A DNA stretch of 64,000 nucleotides from Adineta vaga (GCA_021613535.1 CP075494.1:6200001-6264000); one strand, 5' to 3'; counted from the first letter of the stretch, positions 41,062 to 60,877 are shown. Notes: generated by a model not told the origin, from the sequence alone. A program made the numbers and translations.

Positions 41062-44000
41062 TTATTCTTCTTCTTCTTCTTTTGTCGATTGTTGTTCATC
41101 ACATTTGCTGCTAAGTAAACTTTCTGTACTAGGACTACGTGCATGTAAATCATCAGATGTGACTAGAGTTAATGGTGCATCAGCGATTGAACATGGCCGT
41201 GGTAAAGATAAATCTTGATGATGATTTTCATCATTTGATGATGTTGTAGTAGAATTAATTACACTTGTATCATGTGAATCTTTACTTGGAGGAGATGCAG
41301 AATCAATTAGTGAATCACCATTTTCATTTCGTCGTGTTGCTTGCGGTGGTAAGCCATTCGTATTGAAACGAGTTGAACGTGCAACAGTTGGCATCGATGG
41401 CGGTGGTGTTGGATACATATACAATGTACCAGCAGAATTGAATGGAAATGGTGGTGCTTCAGGCATCATAACACAACCATCCACTGTTGCAGGATAATAA
41501 CCTGTACGCGGTGCGTAATATGCATTAGCAGCGAAAACATTTAAATCCGTTAGTGGAGGAATGAATGAATACTAAAAAGAAAACAATATACATTCCATGA
41601 TGAGTTTGTTATCGAAGATATTTATATATATTCAATTTCAGACAAAATTAGTTTTCCTATCTTTCTCTTTATGTTTGAAAATCGAGTTAGAAACTAAATC
41701 GACTGGGTTGTTTTTGATGATCTATTTGATTAGGTGAATAAACTAGAAACATATTGACAAAAGCTCGTCGATATTATACAGCCTTTATTGAGATTAAACC
41801 TCGACCTCAACTAACACATTTCGAATCTCCACACTTTCTTTATCGATCGGATATTTCGTTGTTAACTTACAAATTGTTGATCACGTGGGATCAGTTTTAA
41901 ATCACCAAAATGAACTTGATCATAATTATGATAATCACGAAATATAACCGTACAACAAGGAGGACGAATTTCCACAATACTTGCATGATAGAACTAGAAA
42001 ATAAAAGCAAGACGATTGCATCAATATCGATTTCTTTCTTTCCGCTTACTTCTCCATCTTCACTCCAACGAGCTAAACACATATCACCTACTTTCCATCG
42101 AATGCGTTGATTCTAAACAGAAGAAGAATATTCATTATGAATTAAGTTTTCTTGAGAAGAAACCTATTACCGAATTGGAATCTCGACGTTTTTCATTTGA
42201 AACCGTTGTTTCATTATCATTTGTCGATGGTGATGGTTGTTTTTGTTCAGTTGAGGAAGCTTCGGATTTAATACCACTATCATTATTCTCATCATTTTGT
42301 GATCCTGTATTCATTGTACTTTCATTATCGGCATTTGTATTACCATCAATTTTTGAATCACCATTTGAATTTGGAAGATACGTTGGAGTTGCATAAGGAC
42401 CATAACAAAATGTTATATGATCATTTGAATACGAAGGAGCAAGAAATGGTTGTTGATTAGGAAATGTCGAATTTGGAATTCCTGCTAGATTATATGTTAA
42501 AGAACCCTAAAATTAAAATAAGAATGAAAATAGAATAGTTCAAAATTTAAATCTATCTTACTGGATTAGTTTGATAATAACTTAAGTGTGCTGGTATTGT
42601 ACCATTAGCATGTAGATTTGCAGTTGATGCATAAGAATTATGCTGATGACCACCTGTTGAAGAATTATTATGAAGATATAATGCTTCATTTCCGTATGAT
42701 AAGGAAGACAATGAATGATTGTTTGATGTATCATTACGATAAATACTACTTAAATCATTTCCACATATTGCTTCGTCATAGAAACGATTCGGACCACGAC
42801 GAGAACGTTCGTCTTGTGCACGTTGGAGTCTAATATAGAAAAAGAAATGATAAATTGCATCAATCAACGAATGTAGTGGTTTTATTCTTATATTGGATTA
42901 TGCTCTATCGGTTAGAAATGTATACCATGACTATGGAACATAGTATCACATCATTACCCTTTTGAATCTACATATTTGACATTGTTTTTTCTTAACCTCA
43001 TTCTCTTAGATATTATCTAGCGATAGATATGCTTGTTCTCCGAGGTCTAATTCAATGCGTACCTTGGTGGTAAAGGATTTCGTCGTTCTCGATGATTTGC
43101 ATGCGTAGAATCATCTTCACAATCAATTTGTTCATCAATTCCATCTTGTTGAAAGATAATCTGATCGTTATAATTATTGTTATTGTTTAATGTTTGATGA
43201 GGTTGATGATTCGTTGTATGAGTCTCATTATTAAATCGACGTTTATCAGGACGTTCTTTGGGTTTTTCATTTTCGTTAACATCAGCTATTTTCAATGACG
43301 ACATAAAATCCATTAGAGTATTTTTTGGTGGTGGACGTTTATGAAAATTTGTATCACCATCATCATTATCATATCGTGTATTACCTATCAATGTAAAGAA
43401 TGAAAATCTTTGACATTATATAGAATGAAAAGAGAAAAACATACGTCGTCCTTCATAAGATGTTCGATATGCACCATTTCCACGACCCTAAATAAATACA
43501 AATATATATATATATCGATAAATTTTAATTTGTTACTAACTCGATACGTTGGTCGGGGACGAGGATAATTACTTGAACCATACTGAAAACGTGTATTGTC
43601 ATGAGTTAATTGAAGTACACTATTTTTGATAGGTATCGTATCAGTTAATAATAATTTACTACCGGATTTTGTGTTAAAACTAAATAAAAACGAGATTGAA
43701 AATTGTTTTCTTTTCATTTTCATGTACTTTACCTTAAATTAGGAATATAATCATTTGTAATTGCTTGGATAGTTGTATAACCATCGGTAAGTGTTAAAAA
43801 TAAACGATCATATTGATCTGTCTGTTCATTTTGATCATTGCTTATCTGAATAAACGGCTCAATTGCAACGATTTGCACAAAAAAGATTCCCTTGATCTAA
43901 ATTAAATACAAAAAGAATAAAAAAAAATAACATTATGAGTATATACAGGTGCATAATAATCGTCTAGATATTCAAAGGTGAATATAGACACGCCTTTTAA

Positions 44001-44337
44001 ATATTCATAATAGACAGTGTGTACACATGTACTACACACAAGTTTTAACAAGAAGAAACATAAAACGAAAATTCTTACCGAAGCATTCAATATTTGACCA
44101 TTAACTGTTCCAAATAAATCTTCCGGTAAAGGTTTACATGATGCTGTTCGATGAAAATCCACCTGAAATCGAATGGATATTTTGAGAAAAAGAAAAAAAT
44201 CTCGATTCTTATTTTCTTACTTCTTGATAATCTTTAATAAATTGAAATGTTCGTTCGTGATCAGTGACATTCGTTGAATTGACACCGTTATTCACAGGTG
44301 TTGATAATTCTTCCTTGGATGCTATCACAGTTACCAT
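41062..44337 (-). CDS. TDRD3: Tudor domain-containing protein 3-like (RMI1-type OB fold + Tudor); multi-exon
   Basis: OB fold LFLTLTDGYTTIQAI..IPNLSFNTKSGSKLLL; PPPKNTLMDFM (cf. TDRD3 PSTLFDFL); RNPLPPRLQR; Tudor GDMCLARWSEDGEFYHASI..VIFRDYHNYDQV. Confidence 0.8.
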
Positions 44338-44926
44338 ATTGAAGTCTTGAATGGACAATGGAATTGATTTGAATGGATGGGGAAGAAGAGGAAAGGATAA
44401 ACGCTCAACTTCTTCTCGTCAATATTTTTTTCTTATCAATCTAAAAAAAACAAATCATCGATCTTTTGCTTTTTGTTTTGTTCTCTCTTTCTCTATTATA
44501 TGTCCGCGCTTTCTTCGTACTGTTGTTTTCTCCAATAATATCATCGACATCCATATAATACCAGTTCGTCATTAGTAACACCAATCAATGAAAAAATAAA
44601 TAAAATGTCGCTTTAAAAAATTCAGACGTTTTATGATGATAAAAATTCTAATTTAAGAAAAAAAAAGATTTTTTTCAAAATTTAATTAAGTTGTTAAAAA
44701 AGAGAGACACACAACATACGATGGTACACAACACAACATGGCTTGTATATTATTTAGGCGTTTATTTATTATTCAAACGCGTCGTTTACAAGACGCAGTT
44801 GCAAGAAACGACCTATGAAATGAATATTAGTTGATCTTTAAATCTTTTTTTTTAATAAAAAAAAAAGGTAAACTTATTGCAAAAGAATTATTCATTTGTA
44901 GTATTTTGTTTTTTGTTTATCTAGAG

Positions 44927-49327
<4,401 letters not shown>

Positions 49328-49660
49328 TATACTAAAAGTTATCTTATTCTTTCCCTATTTATCCGGTTTAATATCAATCATTTGTTCTGCAATGTCGTCT
49401 TCTTCTTTCGTGTTTGCTTGTTAGTGTTCTTCCAGATTCATAATTAGCAATGATATGTGTTTTTTTTTGTTTTCTTTCCCTCCCTTTTCTCTTTTCTTCT
49501 TGTCTCTGATCAGATACATTTGTCTCTATACATACGAACTCGCAACATTTTACAATGAAAAACAAATCAAATATTGTTCATGCAATAGTTGTACATATAT
49601 ATATATATATCAAATCAAGTAGTCACTCAACTTTACATATTTTTCAGATACTAAATATAA

Positions 49661-50027
<367 letters not shown>

Positions 50028-51893
50028 GCGATTTTGTTCTTTTTTTTAAATAATCAAGCAATTCAAGGTCTCAACATCAATTAAATCGTTTTGATTTTTT
50101 TGTTCGTTTCATCGTTTATCATGTGCTTGTAAACGAAAAAAACAAAATAAGAATATAAAACAATAAACATCATTAAACGAAAAATTCTTTTGTTTCCGCA
50201 CGATTTTATCTGTTCTCCCCAAAACCAGTATCGTTTACATTAGTACTTCAAATACTAACTCCAAAGATTGATATTTGAAAAAAAACTGACATAAAGCATG
50301 TCCAATCACTTGTATAAGTCAATTAAACGTATATGGTCTTTGTACTTGACGTATCTATTCAAATACGATCGACATCAAAATTGATATATTTCTGAAATGG
50401 CACGATTTTAATTGATTTTGTTTCTTATTCTAAAAAATCGTTACATTAGACTTCTTCTAACTTGAAAATAGTATACGAATTCAAGAAAATATAATAATAT
50501 TTGAATGGTTTTCTATAGTCTGATGCGATTTTTTATTTGAAGTTGGATAGATATACAGATACATGATTTTGAACGTTTGATTTACGATATAGAATAGTCA
50601 ATATTACTACCAAGGTATAAAATATACGAAAATGCCGCCTTTTCTTTTTACGTGCAGAATAAACAATGCGCGATATATTTATTGGCGTCATAAATAGGAA
50701 AAGTATGACTGATGTATACATTAATTTTACAGGTAAATGAAGGTAGAGTACGTGTTTCAGTAATCATTTTCTAAAATGAATAGTGCGTAACGACTTATAT
50801 ATCGATGTTTTTCGTACTTATTTGGTTCTATCATTGATTGAAGAGGAGATTAAATGGATATATTGCATTGAACAAAAGATATCGCAACGTATATATAAAC
50901 TAATCTTTACATGATCCGTTCAGAAACATTTATGAACTATCTAAATTCTTTCTCTTCAATCGAATATATGCTTAGCGATCGAATGAACAAAAAACTAGAT
51001 GTACCATTGCTAATAAAATACTTACTAAACATTTATATTTGAGTTTGAATTTTGTTAAGAACAGTTCTTTTTACAACAAGGAATGCATCTTAAAGTGGGG
51101 ACATACTTATGAATATTTTTAGTTTTTAGATGAGACGGCCATTGAATCAAATACGATCGCATGATTCATTTTTCCGATGCTTTATCGTTGTAATCAAAGA
51201 TATACTGTTCAACAATAAAATACATTTGTAACTATTTCTTGCTATTCTATTTAACAACCAATAGAAACGACAAACACATGTACGATGCATTGTTTTTAAT
51301 GTATAAGCAATTTCAGGATTATTTCGACTCTTTTAAATGCATAGTCAATCATGCATGCACTCATTATGGATAAAAATAGCTACATATTTCAGTCATCGAT
51401 CAAAAGATATATTAACAAAGATCTGAAAAATATTTCACCAGTTATATTCTGATCAAGTATGTATACATGTTTTCCTTCTCATATGAAATATATAGTCTAC
51501 ATTGAGATATAAATGAAAAATCTCCTGATTTATTAATCTTCCTATGATCATTAATACTCTAATATTATCTTTGCTGTATGACAACAGATCATACAAGTCG
51601 AAGTTGAGCAGAATACATAGATCACTTATGAATACATACAAGCAACACTGCGAATAATACGAAGTTAACTTTTGAGAAAACTCCATTTTGAAATCAAATA
51701 ACATAACACTCAATATTAGAATTTTGAATCTCTTCTTTAGCACTATTAGTCATATAAGACTTGTATTTATCTTTTTTTTTTCTACATTTTTCACTGCGTT
51801 GATTTCTTGTATAGGTGGTGTTTGATAAATTAGTGATCGTGATCGTATTCATTTTTATCTGGTACAATAGTCAAGTATTCTTTTATTGTTTTC

Positions 51894-54800
51894 ATGGAAG
51901 AAGAGAAGGAAGAACGAACTTGGTAAGTATATTGTTGCATGTCTAATGATCCACAATCAGCTATAACTCGTGGTTCGATAGTTTTTTGGACTATTTCCGA
52001 AAGCTTTCAAGAGATTCTTTCAAATAATATCTAAGAAAATGCTCGAACAAGTTTTCTCCCTTGAAGACGTAATTTGATAATATAGTTATTATGCATAAGC
52101 ATGTGCTCGATAGTTTTTTTCTATCGGATAGTGAAACTTTTATTTCTTATTATAGGTTTGGATTAGAACCTCGCTCCGTAATCATATATATAGGTGGTAG
52201 TCTATTTTTAATTGCTACCATAACTTTGATACTTTCACTAATACCAGCGTATCTCACTGATGAGCATTTTAACATAACTAGATCCAGTGAAACTGGTATA
52301 TTGTTACGTGCAAGGAAATAGAACATATTTACATTATCTTTGATTTTGTTTCAGTAACGGATATGTGGTCAGTACGATATCTTACAAGTCTAACAAGTCT
52401 TCATGTTATTACCTCCCGTGCTAGTTCACCATATGACAAATCAAGATTAGGTCAAGCAGTAAGTACAGTTCATTTTATAATAGACAAGTATCTGAAATAA
52501 TCTGCACGATATTTCATTATAAAACACGATCGGAATGATTGAACTAAGGGATAACTAAATGAACGAAGAATAATTCCTACGACTATTGAAAATAGTACGA
52601 AAACTAATCAATAAATCGAATTCTTCGTGTAAGATGTGTACATAAACAGACAATATAGTCAATCCTCATTTTTCTGTATTATAGTTCGATAAAGCCATAG
52701 GCTTGTCATTTGGCACAATGAAAATCACAACAAGTTACTTAGAAGACGATAGTACATATCAACGTTATCGTCGACAGTATGTTAGTATTATTTTAATAAA
52801 AGTTATAGAAATTATTTTCGTTTGAAGAGATGCAACACAAGTAACTAGTTCATCTCCTTCAATTTATTTCAATGTTCAATTACAAGCTGTATATCCGACT
52901 CGATGTCGTGGTGTTCTTCAATGCCAAAAATCATTTAGACGGCAGACTATATCTAAATTCTTGACTACTAGAAATTTTCCTCTCGAGATCCCATTGGCTA
53001 ATGGACGTACTATACCTGTTCAAATGCAACTGAACAGTTTCGTTGAAAATTTCGGTGAGTACCCACATGCTTATTAACTATGACAAGTGTCCTACGAAAA
53101 GTTCAGTAAAGTCAATATTCTATCATATATCTTGTGGGAACGTTTGAAAATACGAAACATAGTATGCCGAGTCTGAAATGATATATTGGAAACAATATTT
53201 AGAGAAAAAGAACTTCTCACTCTGAACGAGGATTCAAAAGAATGCACGAAAACTTAATAATTCAAGACTTGTAAGATAATTCTATGTCATGTATAATTGA
53301 TTTGTTTTGTAGTAATATCTTCAAATGAAGAAACATCATCGAGTAGTGCAGCTACTTCATCAGTGACTACTTCAACAAAAACAACAATAACAACAACAAC
53401 AACAACAACAAGTGGTATGTAAATGATATCTTTCGAAACAATCGAGATCTGCTCTACAAGAATAATTTTCTTTGATTGACCTATGAGAATCATTGTAAAA
53501 ACTAGAAAAAGTTAGATCATGGAAGAATAGTTCTAGACAGTATTATTGAACTCTTACAATACGTTTCGTAAGTTTATAAATATGACACTTTGCAGATTCC
53601 CACACATAAAAAATGGGATTTTTCTGTTTTTTTTCTCATCCACACATTAAACGACATAAAGTTTAGATCGAGATCATGGAGGTCTTCAGAAGATGTTTTC
53701 AAAACAAAATACACTTGATGTAACTGGAAATATGCAACATTCGAAAAGAATGAACAATGTTAAAATAAACATCTACTTAATACTTGTTTAGTAATATGAG
53801 TTTTATTTAGTCCGATAGTAAGAGACATACTTTGTACTTACCATGTAGAACTTAGCTAAACATTTCTACGTATAAAACTAAATCATTTTACGAACTGAGT
53901 GAGACATATCCATTTACTCCTACAGAAACGTTTAATTGAAAGAATAAAAATCCAGTACGATAAGCTAGATCTTTCTCGACATATCCGTATGTATTGAAAT
54001 CCATTGCTAATTTTTACTCTGTGTAACTACAAAAGTGATCACATCAAGAACTACTACTACAAAGAAAACTTCGACGACTTCGACGACTTCGACAACTTCA
54101 GTTTCAACAACCACTTCCACGACGACGACCACGACCACGACGACGACCACGACCACGACGACGACGACGATCACGACGACAACCACCACTCCTTGCGTGA
54201 GCACAGTAACACCAACCGGCCAAGGTAAGAAGAATAATTATCCATCTACCATCGATTTTCAATTCATTACTTGTTTTTTTTGTTTCAGCTCCACTAATGG
54301 CATGGGATTTTGAAGGGAATTTGGATGATCGCTTTCTTGCATATAATGGCACAACAAGCAGCAATATCACATATGGACTTGGTCGAAATGGATGTGGACA
54401 ATGCTTGAATCTCGAAAAGGCACATACTCAATCGGTCTATATTCAACGGACGCCGTATATTGATTTGCGAGGCGTACCCTACTCATTTGAAGCTTGGATC
54501 AAACCAAAAAATTCTACCGATGGCCCTGAACATGCCATTTTTGGTCAATGTGGATCAGGAGGTAGTTTAGGATGTATGCGGGGTGCCATCGGTGGACCTG
54601 GTCCTATGAGTTTGCGATTACGAAGTGATACGCTATCAGGTACACAACCTATTCCAAGTAATACATGGTCTCATGTAACATATGTTTTCAATGGAACAGG
54701 AGGAGCAATTTCGCTCTATCTTAACGGTGTACTAGATAAGTCCGGGAGTGGTCATGGACCTTTCGTAGGACCGCCACATGCTTTTCAAATTGGAAACGCC

Positions 54801-54905
54801 GATATTGCCGGAAATTTGCACTTCGATGGATGCATTGATCAAATATTCTTTTATAATTATGAGCGTACAGCTAGCGAAATAGCCGGAACTTATGCGCTAG
54901 GATAA
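51894..54905 (+). CDS. Type II membrane protein: N-terminal TM, globular domain with RYRR site, Thr-rich mucin stalk, C-terminal LamG/concanavalin-A-like domain; ~8 exons
   Basis: Exons ~51894-51922, 52156-52294, 52355-52458, 52685-52776, 52829-53054, 53313-53414, 54036-54223, 54289-54905 join in frame. WDFEGNLDD..YSFEAWIKP..WSHVTYVF..LYLNG..IG..FDGCIDQI..ERTASEI is Laminin_G_3-like. Confidence 0.7.
54050..54190 (+). repeat. Coding ACN/TCN tandem repeat (poly-Thr mucin stalk)
   Basis: acttcgacg units followed by ACG/ACC runs with an ~18-nt period. Confidence 0.9.
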
Positions 54906-55775
54906 ATGGATGCGTATTTTTCATTTAAACTACTAACATCGTCGTCATTTATGAGAAATATAATTTTGCGAATCAATTTTCTATTTTTTTGAATTGTATG
55001 ATACGTTTAGTAATATTCAGTGTAATTGCACTCACTCGTCTGAGAAACTTGAATAAAATATACTTGTTATTGTTAAGCTGTATATGTATATATGCATTGC
55101 TCTTCAGACATTAATTTACATACATACCTGACAGCTTCAGTCAGACGTTTTTTTGCCTTTAATGGAAACATTTGAAACATGCACACTTTATTTATATTTT
55201 TGAAACTTTTTCTTTAATCTTTCTATTAGACTTCTGGCAATCCATGAATTCACATAATATCTGTGAGGGAAAAAGCTCATTAGTAATAAACATCTAAGAT
55301 AACTGAGTAAGAAAAATCTATTCAAATATGACTGAATACATAGGTTTTTTTATACCCTTCTGTCTATGTCTGAAAGTATCTTATTGATTTGTCAAAATAT
55401 CAAAATATACAAGAACATGACTTCAGTTTTCTATCAACAGTTTGTTCTGTTTTTATGAATAATCAATTGATGCGAGACAAAAGTCTGTAGATGTCAGTAA
55501 ATGTCATATATAACTATTTTTTCTCATCTATTGTAAACTGGTATTGGTTACAAGTATTTATACCTAGTTGACAAAAAGACTCTTCGTTTTCCTTTTCCTT
55601 GCAGCATCGTTGTTGAAATAAAAAAATTGTACGAATGAGAGAAAAACCTTTTATTTACAATATTTCATGTTTTTTTTTTCATACGATTCTTATTTAGATT
55701 TGAAAAATTTTTCCAATAATTTTGTTCAAGTCATCAATTTTAGTATAATTATGAATTTGTAAAATAACAGCTGTC

Positions 55776-58002
55776 ATGTACAGTGGAATACCTCGCGTTG
55801 TCGCCGATCTTTGGTATAAATTTACATGTTATTTCCTTATACGATAGAATTTATTCATATTTTTAGTGAAAACGATGATCTGGCAACAATGATCATTGTT
55901 GATAGTATGTTTGGATTTACTACACATAAGATGAATGTTCGTTTTCGACCAAATCGTCGTTTATCACCACAATGGAAGTTAATAGTCGAAAATTTTCGAA
56001 AACATCTGGATTATGAACGATGTTTTACTGAATTAACTTCGATTGGTAATTGGTACGATCATTTATTAGCACGAAAAAGTCCAGCACAATTAACAATCTT
56101 TAAAGAACATGTAAGAAGATCATCATTTGTAAACGATCAAAATATTGAATGAAATCTTTAGATGTTTCGTTTTCTTCATTTATTCAATAAAAATTCCGGT
56201 GTTACACTTCAACCATGTTATCGATATTCAACTGAACGATGCGGAGGAAAAGTAGTGGCAACTAAAGAATGGTACGATCAATTGAATACAAAGAAACTAT
56301 TTCATATTTTTATTCATTTCAGGACAACTAATGATAAAATTGAAATGTTAATTGGATGTATTGCTGAATTGAGTCCTGACGATGAACAAGCTCTTCTAAA
56401 ACCAGGTATTAATGATTTTTCAGTGATGTATTCTTGCCGAAAACGACGTTCACAGTTATGGCTCGGACCGGCTGGTAATTGATTGTACGATAAAAATCTA
56501 TTCTTTACTTCCTTTTTTGTTTGTTTTTCTTTAGCTTATATTAATCATGATTGTCGTGCAAATTGCAAAGTATTGAAATGATCAAATATGCATTCAAGAA
56601 AAAAGTTGTTTATCTTTAGTTTGTTGCTACTGGTTTAAATTCAGCTTATATTCATGTGCTTCGTCCAATTGAAATCGGTGATGAAATAACTTGTTGCTAT
56701 GGATCGGATTTTTTTGGTGATCATAATTCACTTTGTGAATGTTCTAGCTGTGAAATGTAATTTAATTTGTTTTTGATCATCGATTGATCATCTATCATGA
56801 ATGAAACTATATTTCAGATTGTGTAAAGGAGCATTTACCCATATCAGTTCTTCGATGCCCAGATCGTTGACTAATCCAGACTTTATTTCGATTCAAACAG
56901 TTGCACCAACAACTCTTGATGGACAACCAACACATAATGATCCCATTGTTTCGACTCGTTTAAGACAAACTGATAAACGTCTTCTTCGAAAAATTCGTTC
57001 AGCAAATAATATCATTCCAATTCAAGAAAAGAGTACGCTCATCATGCAAATCGAATAAAAACTTTATTTTCTAGAATTGATTATAGAAAAATCAACTGAG
57101 GAAAATGATGTAATAACACTAAAGCATTCACCCGTAGTCTATCGAAATAAAAATGGTCAATTTGCATCTCCACCCAATGGAACGAAAATGACAAAAACAG
57201 TAAATATTTTCGTACTGATTTTGTCATCATAATCCTTTTGCGTTTGTTTAGTCATCTCTTAAGAAGAAATCTAAAATCAGAATTAAGTCAACATCACATT
57301 CAACTGATTCATTGTCAAATTCTAACAGTAAATTATTATCGACACGTCGACGACCAAGTAGTTCACATTCTTCCGAATCAAAATCACCGGTGATTAACAT
57401 TCGAGATCAACCCATCGTAACCGATTCTGCCATTGGTTCAGATGGTACCAGCTCGAATTCTCTTTTAGCAACAGGAGGAGTAATATTAAATAGAAAATAT
57501 GATTGATCATTTTCTTTTATTCTATATTCAGTTATCTAATACAACTACTCGATCATCACGTCGTCGTTCTTCAACCATATCTAGTTTATCGTCATCATCA
57601 TTTTCATCCACATCACCAACATATTCAAGAAATCGTCAACGAACTTCATCACCGTACTCATCATCGTCGACATCCTTATCAACAACTCCACATTCAAATA
57701 ATCCTAATTTTAAACGTTGGCGTCCAACAGTTCGTTCTAGTCGTCATTCAAGTACATCATCTTCAATCAGTTCATTATCATCAACAACCGATAGTGAAGA
57801 TAATAATCCTTCTTCGAATTTATCATCACGACGAGTTATTCCAAAAATAACAATTCATGTACGACCCGATCCATTTTCATTGAATGATGTGGAAAATATC
57901 AAAACATCCAAATCATCATTGGCTTCAACTAGAATTGATAATAAAAAACGACGTTTGATAGATTCATCAACAATACGTGCAAGAAAACGTCGAAAAACTT
58001 AG
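55776..58002 (+). CDS. Suv4-20: Histone H4K20 methyltransferase Suv4-20 (KMT5B/C); ~10 exons
   Basis: [26 protein letters not shown]; LIGCIAEL; [34 protein letters not shown]; EITCCYG..CECSSCE post-SET. Confidence 0.93.
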
Positions 58003-58497
58003 AACTATGCGTTCTATACATATATTTAATATGTGGCACGGCTCAGATTTATGTTTGTCTTTGTGTATGTATATTATCGATTCACTGTAATGCAGTCTGT
58101 TTCGTGCTGTTCCTTATAACAACCTTGGATTTCTATTGTGTTTGTTATTAAACAAAAAAAAGAAATCTCATATGAGCTACTTGTCATTTCAATAAAGTCC
58201 GTTTCACGTTATAAGATATATATTTCAGACATTGAGAATCTCAATCGATAGAGGGAGTTAGTATCTAATTCATTGATTCGATTATTTGGATGGTTTTTTT
58301 TTCGTTGTATAATTAGATTCATTTCATTCTCAAGAGAAACTATCCGATCTGTTAAATTTTTTTTATTAGACTAAGAAACCTAGATGAATGTTGATTGGTT
58401 ATTCGATTTTTCATTGTTCAATACAACAACTTCATTCATTTCCTAACCAACAAATTACCATTATCGGAAATCCTTTTACTCGATGAGTAATCATTTT

Positions 58498-58546
58498 TGA
58501 CGTCATGTATCATCAATAAGACGAGATGATTGTCATCATGACGTCA
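58498..58546. promoter_or_regulatory. Two perfect CRE palindromes (TGACGTCA) upstream of PDCD6
   Basis: TGACGTCA at 58498-58505 and 58539-58546, ~450-500 nt before the ATG. Confidence 0.5.
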
Positions 58547-58994
58547 TAAACTAGTCTCAAACAGCGTAGTATTGAATTGATAGTGATAGAAACAAATTAG
58601 TTCGAGTGGATTTCACACACACACAATTTTTTGTTCCTACCATGAAGCTTTCTTTCGCATATCAATGTGATATTTGATATTTGTTTATGAGTAGTAAAAA
58701 AGATACTTCGATAAAAAGAACGAACGAGAGAGAAAAAAAACCATGGTATTTATTCTGTATTTTAGATATCTCCTTAGAAGTATAAAAAGAAAAGGAAGAA
58801 ATCGATGAATATTTATTCTTGAAAGATGTACGTTTCGTTTATTTAAAAAAAGAAACGAACATTTTCAAATGGAATCATTAGAAATGTTTGAGGTCAATCA
58901 ATGAATAATGATGCTACTTGTATTGCTTCATTTTAGATTAAATCAAACATTTTTTAAGTACTAGAGTTTAATTTACATTCCATCTACAATAACA

Positions 58995-60254
<1,260 letters not shown>

Positions 60255-60877
60255 ATAAGCTTTTTCGAATAATTCAATTTCTCTTTTTGTTTGCAATCTA
60301 TTTTCTTCGGTTTTTTTTGAAAAAAACAAACATTTGTTATTCTTTTTCTGACATTTACGCATTGATTTTGCTCCTTTTGTCTGGTTTTTGTTTTTCTCTT
60401 ACTTAGGCGGCTCAATCCAAATTAATGATACACACGCATGCAAGACTTTGACTATCATTTCTTCTTTTTTCCTACATTGTGATTTTCGAATCTCACGTGA
60501 TTCATTTTCGTTTTTCTTCTGTCTTCTATCAATTCCATTTATTATTGTCTAAACTAGCCGAACAACTTTTCACATTTATTCATTCTTAGAACAACATATA
60601 TGTATTCACTGGTCTTCATTGAAATGAAATAAAACGAGAAACTATTTTCTTTTTCTTAGATTTCTTATCTTTTGATTTGATCATAAAAGATAATCTCATC
60701 ATTGAAACATGATAGAACTGGCTTTCTATTGACATACATGTTTGTACTGTGAAAAAATTTGTTTCAAAAATTATGTTTTGAGTTTTTTTATATCCTAACG
60801 TTATATTCTCTTCATTTAAAAAGAAGAATTGGAATACATAATTTAATATTTCATTTTTAGATAAATTTTGTTTCATA

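Noticed and set aside
50200-51800. Gene-free stretch checked for transposon remnants or ncRNA
   Set aside because: No terminal repeats, recognisable ORF or tRNA/snRNA/SL-RNA structure could be supported by eye.
54004-54370. Poly-V, poly-DH and poly-R/G ORFs; CRISPR-like periodicity
   Set aside because: These are alternative frames/strands of the poly-Thr codon repeat; there are no unique spacers or cas genes.
55779-55794. TACAGTGGAATACCTC resembles a Tc1/pogo terminal inverted repeat
   Set aside because: It is the first coding exon of Suv4-20 (MYSGIPR); no partner TIR or transposase was seen.
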